DNA of 64,000 bases from Azolla caroliniana (lineage: Eukaryota > Plantae > Polypodiophyta). Positions 61,108-64,000 of the stretch are shown here, one piece after another (within the stretch, counting starts at the first letter, position 1; every line of letters begins with the position of its first letter). Both the position numbers and the translations under genes were made by a program. The notes beneath the pieces are model-generated. The model did no database searches. It was given only the letters and a program-made list of their open reading frames with translations, and was not told the origin of the DNA. The stretch is taken from the NCBI GenBank assembly GCA_043228905.1, contig JBHGNT010000009.1, forward strand, positions 20,398,001 through 20,462,000, given 5' to 3'.

Positions 61108-64000
61108 GTCCGGCCAAAATAGGAGCCATTTGGTTGGACCATCCTAGTTATGTAGAGTCAGTACCTAGTTGTGGTTCCATTTCATCAAATCAAGTTAGTA
61201 GAGTTTTTTCTGCACAAGTCGAGCTTAGCACATCTACAGGTCATCGCGCCCTAGCCTCTGCCCTCCTAGATTCCGGAGCCAATTCTTGTTTCATGGATCG
61301 CGAGTTTGCATTGACTCAAAACATCATCTTGAAAAAACTCCCAAACCCAGTAGCTGTAGGAGTCATCGATGGTCGCCCTATAGCATCAGGAGATATAGTC
61401 GAAGAGTCTGAACCAATTCGTGTAGTCCTAGGTAATTTGGCTAGTGTCATCTCATTTAACATCATTAGTAGTCCGGAGCACTCTCTAGTTCTTGGTCTTC
61501 CTTGGTTTGAGTTACATAACCCAACCATTGATTGGAGAAAAAGAACTATTGAAGAGGTCACCGTACAATCCAAGTCTCTTGAAGCTCCAACTAAGGATCT
61601 AGGATCCCCCACAATTTCAACAATCTCTATACATCAATTACGAGAGGATGGAAGAAAGGAAGACATGATGGTATTTGCGGTTTTAGCAACTCCCTCATCT
61701 AGCTCACAAGAATTGGGGGTCCAACTACCAAAGAAGTACATAGAATTCTCCGATGTGTTCGATAAGGTGAAGGCTAATAGACTACCAGAGCATCGACCAT
61801 ATGATTGCCCAATTGATTTGCAGCCAGGAAAAGAGCCTCCATGGGGACCAATTTATAATCTTTCGCCCACGGAGTTAGAGGTTCTTCGAGAATATATCAA
61901 TGAGAACTTGGCAAATGGTTTTATCCAACATTCAAAATCTCCTGCTGGTGCACCCATCTTTTTCGTTAAGAAGAAAGATGGTACGCTTCGTATGGTCGTG
62001 GATTATCGAGGCTTGAATAAAGTGACCGTTAGAAACCGATATGCTCTCCCATTGATCTCAAGCCTTCTAGAACGCCTCAGTGAAGCAAAGTATTTCACGA
62101 AGTTAGATCTTCGAGGTGCCTACAACCTTGTTCGAATTCGTCCTGGGGATGAATGGAAGACGGCGTTCCGCACTCGCTATGGTCATTTTGAGTACACAGT
62201 GATGCCTTTTGGCCTCACGAATGCACCAGCAGTCTTCCAACATATGGCGAATGATATTTTTCGAGACTTCCTCGATATCTTCATCATTGTTTACCTGGAT
62301 GATATCTTGATCTACTCAAAAACTCAAGAAGAACATGATATACATGTTCGCCAAGTTTTGCAACGGCTACGAGAGTATGGTCTCTATGCAAAATTGGAGA
62401 AGTGTAGTTTCGACCAATGTCAAGTGGAGTTTTTGGGGTACATAGTCTCTTCAAATGGAATCTCTATGGATCCATCAAAGGTTCAAACAATTTTGGATTG
62501 GCAAACACCACAGTCCGTGCGAGATGTGCAATGTTTTTTGGGGTTCGCAAACTTTTATCGCAAGTTCATCAAAGATTATTCAAAAATTGTGTTGCCCCTC
62601 ACTCAACTGACGCACAAGAATCGACCATTTGTATGGAGTATAGATGCGAACTCTGCATTTGAGGGTTTAAAGCAAGCATTTACATCCGCACCAATCTTAA
62701 TCCATGTCGATCCAATGAGGCGCTTTATACTTGAAGCTGATGCATCGGATTTCGCACTCGGAAGTGTACTATCCCAAATTGGTGATGATGATGAACTGCA
62801 CCCGGTGGCTTTTCACTCACGAAAATTTGAAGCCGCAGAAATCAACTATGAGATTCACGACAAAGAGCTTCTTGCCATTGTGGATTCTTTTCAACAATGG
62901 CGTCATTTTCTGGAGGGTTCTTCTCAGCAGATTATTGTCTACAATGATCATAAAAATCTAACATACTTTCAAAGTGCTCGAGTCTTGAATCGACGACAAG
63001 CTCGTTGGGCGCAGTTCTTAACTCGTTTCGATTTTGTAATTCTATATCGCCCTGGGATGCAACAAGGAAAAGCAGATGCTTTATCTAGACGTTCGTATAT
63101 GGAACTTCAACCTGGAGAGGCCGCATTTGAAAGCCAAAAGCAAATCCTCTTAGGTCCTGATCGTCTACGAATAATGGCAATGCATACCATCAACACACCG
63201 GGAGATTCAAGGCTTCTTGATTCCATTCGTGAGCAGATTGCGACTGATGCGTTCGCCCAAGAGGTTTTGAGCCATATTATCCCAAATCGTGCATCTAGCT
63301 CCCAAACTCAAAATCCTCGTCTAGACTACACCCAGTTTAGTTGGCATGATGGGTTACTTTTTCGACAAACTCTCTTGTATGTGCCTGACGGTCCTTCTCG
63401 ACTCAAAGTCATGCAACAATGTCATGACACACCAATGGCGGGACACTTCGGCATCCACAAGACTTTTGAGTTGATTTCTCGCCGATATTGGTGGCCACGG
63501 CTTCGCCATTTTGTTACGGATTATGTTCGTAGCTGTGATACATGTTGCCGATCAAAAAAGCCTCGACATCATCCATATGGCTTATTACAGCCAATGCCTA
63601 TTCCGGAGAGCCCATGGAAATCTATTTCCTTGGACTTTATTACGGATCTTCCACCTTCCAAGGGATTTGATTCGATTCTCACGGTTGTCGATCGTTTTAC
63701 GAAGATGGCACATTTCCTTCCATGCACAAAGACCATTACTAGTCAAGAGACAGCTGATTTACTCATGCGGGAGGTGTTTCGCCATCATGGTCTTCCGGAT
63801 GATATTATCAGTGATCGGGGTCCCCAATTCATCTCGAAATTTTGGCGGCACATGTTCAAACTCTTACAACTTCTTGTAAACTCTCTTCCGGCTACCATCC
63901 AGAGACTAATGGGCAGAGTGAGCGCACCAACCAAACAGTCGAGCAATATCTACGTTGTTTTGTCAACTATCAACAAGATGATTGGGTGGATTTACTTCCT
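61095..64000 (+). CDS. pol: Pol (protease-RT-RNase H-integrase) in the -1 frame relative to gag; frameshift near 63869
   Basis: [13 protein letters not shown] (61260), [57 protein letters not shown], integrase HHCC and SDRGPQF; no stop seen before the window end. Confidence 0.92.

Larger units (their letters stand above)
59606..64000 (+). mobile_element. Young Ty3/gypsy (Tf1/Tcn1-like chromovirus-type) LTR retrotransposon, runs off the window
   Basis: LTR starts TGTAATAAC at 59606, TATA at 59784, probable end GTCGTGAC at ~59838; gag, PR, RT, RNase H, IN order. Confidence 0.93.

Overview
Eukaryotic, intron-rich land-plant DNA. It is most consistent with a non-seed plant with motile sperm such as a fern; this is an inference from a WDR49/WDR64/WDY-like ciliary WD40 gene, RTE-X-type LINEs and a Tf1/Tcn1-like chromovirus-type gypsy. 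Seven spliced + strand genes can be rebuilt by hand with consistent GT-AG phases: the 3' part of a WD40 gene (3589-15782), a synergin-gamma-like protein (18308-23807), acyl-ACP thioesterase FATA (27646-31315), allene oxide cyclase (33722-35445), an orphan coiled-coil protein (42443-46470), a tandem B-box + DUF2786-type protein (48664-52263) and an ASCH-domain protein (53955-57200). Introns and intergenic DNA hold an internally deleted LTR element with a 5-bp TSD, stacked RTE-X LINE copies, L1-like remnants, solo LTRs, MITEs and microsatellites. The window ends inside a young Ty3/gypsy element with a candidate -1 frameshift pseudoknot, inserted into a tRNA-like sequence. The top candidate novelty is the B-box fusion to a bacterial/phage/fungal-type DUF2786 module. 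All family assignments rest on remembered motifs; no database search was run.
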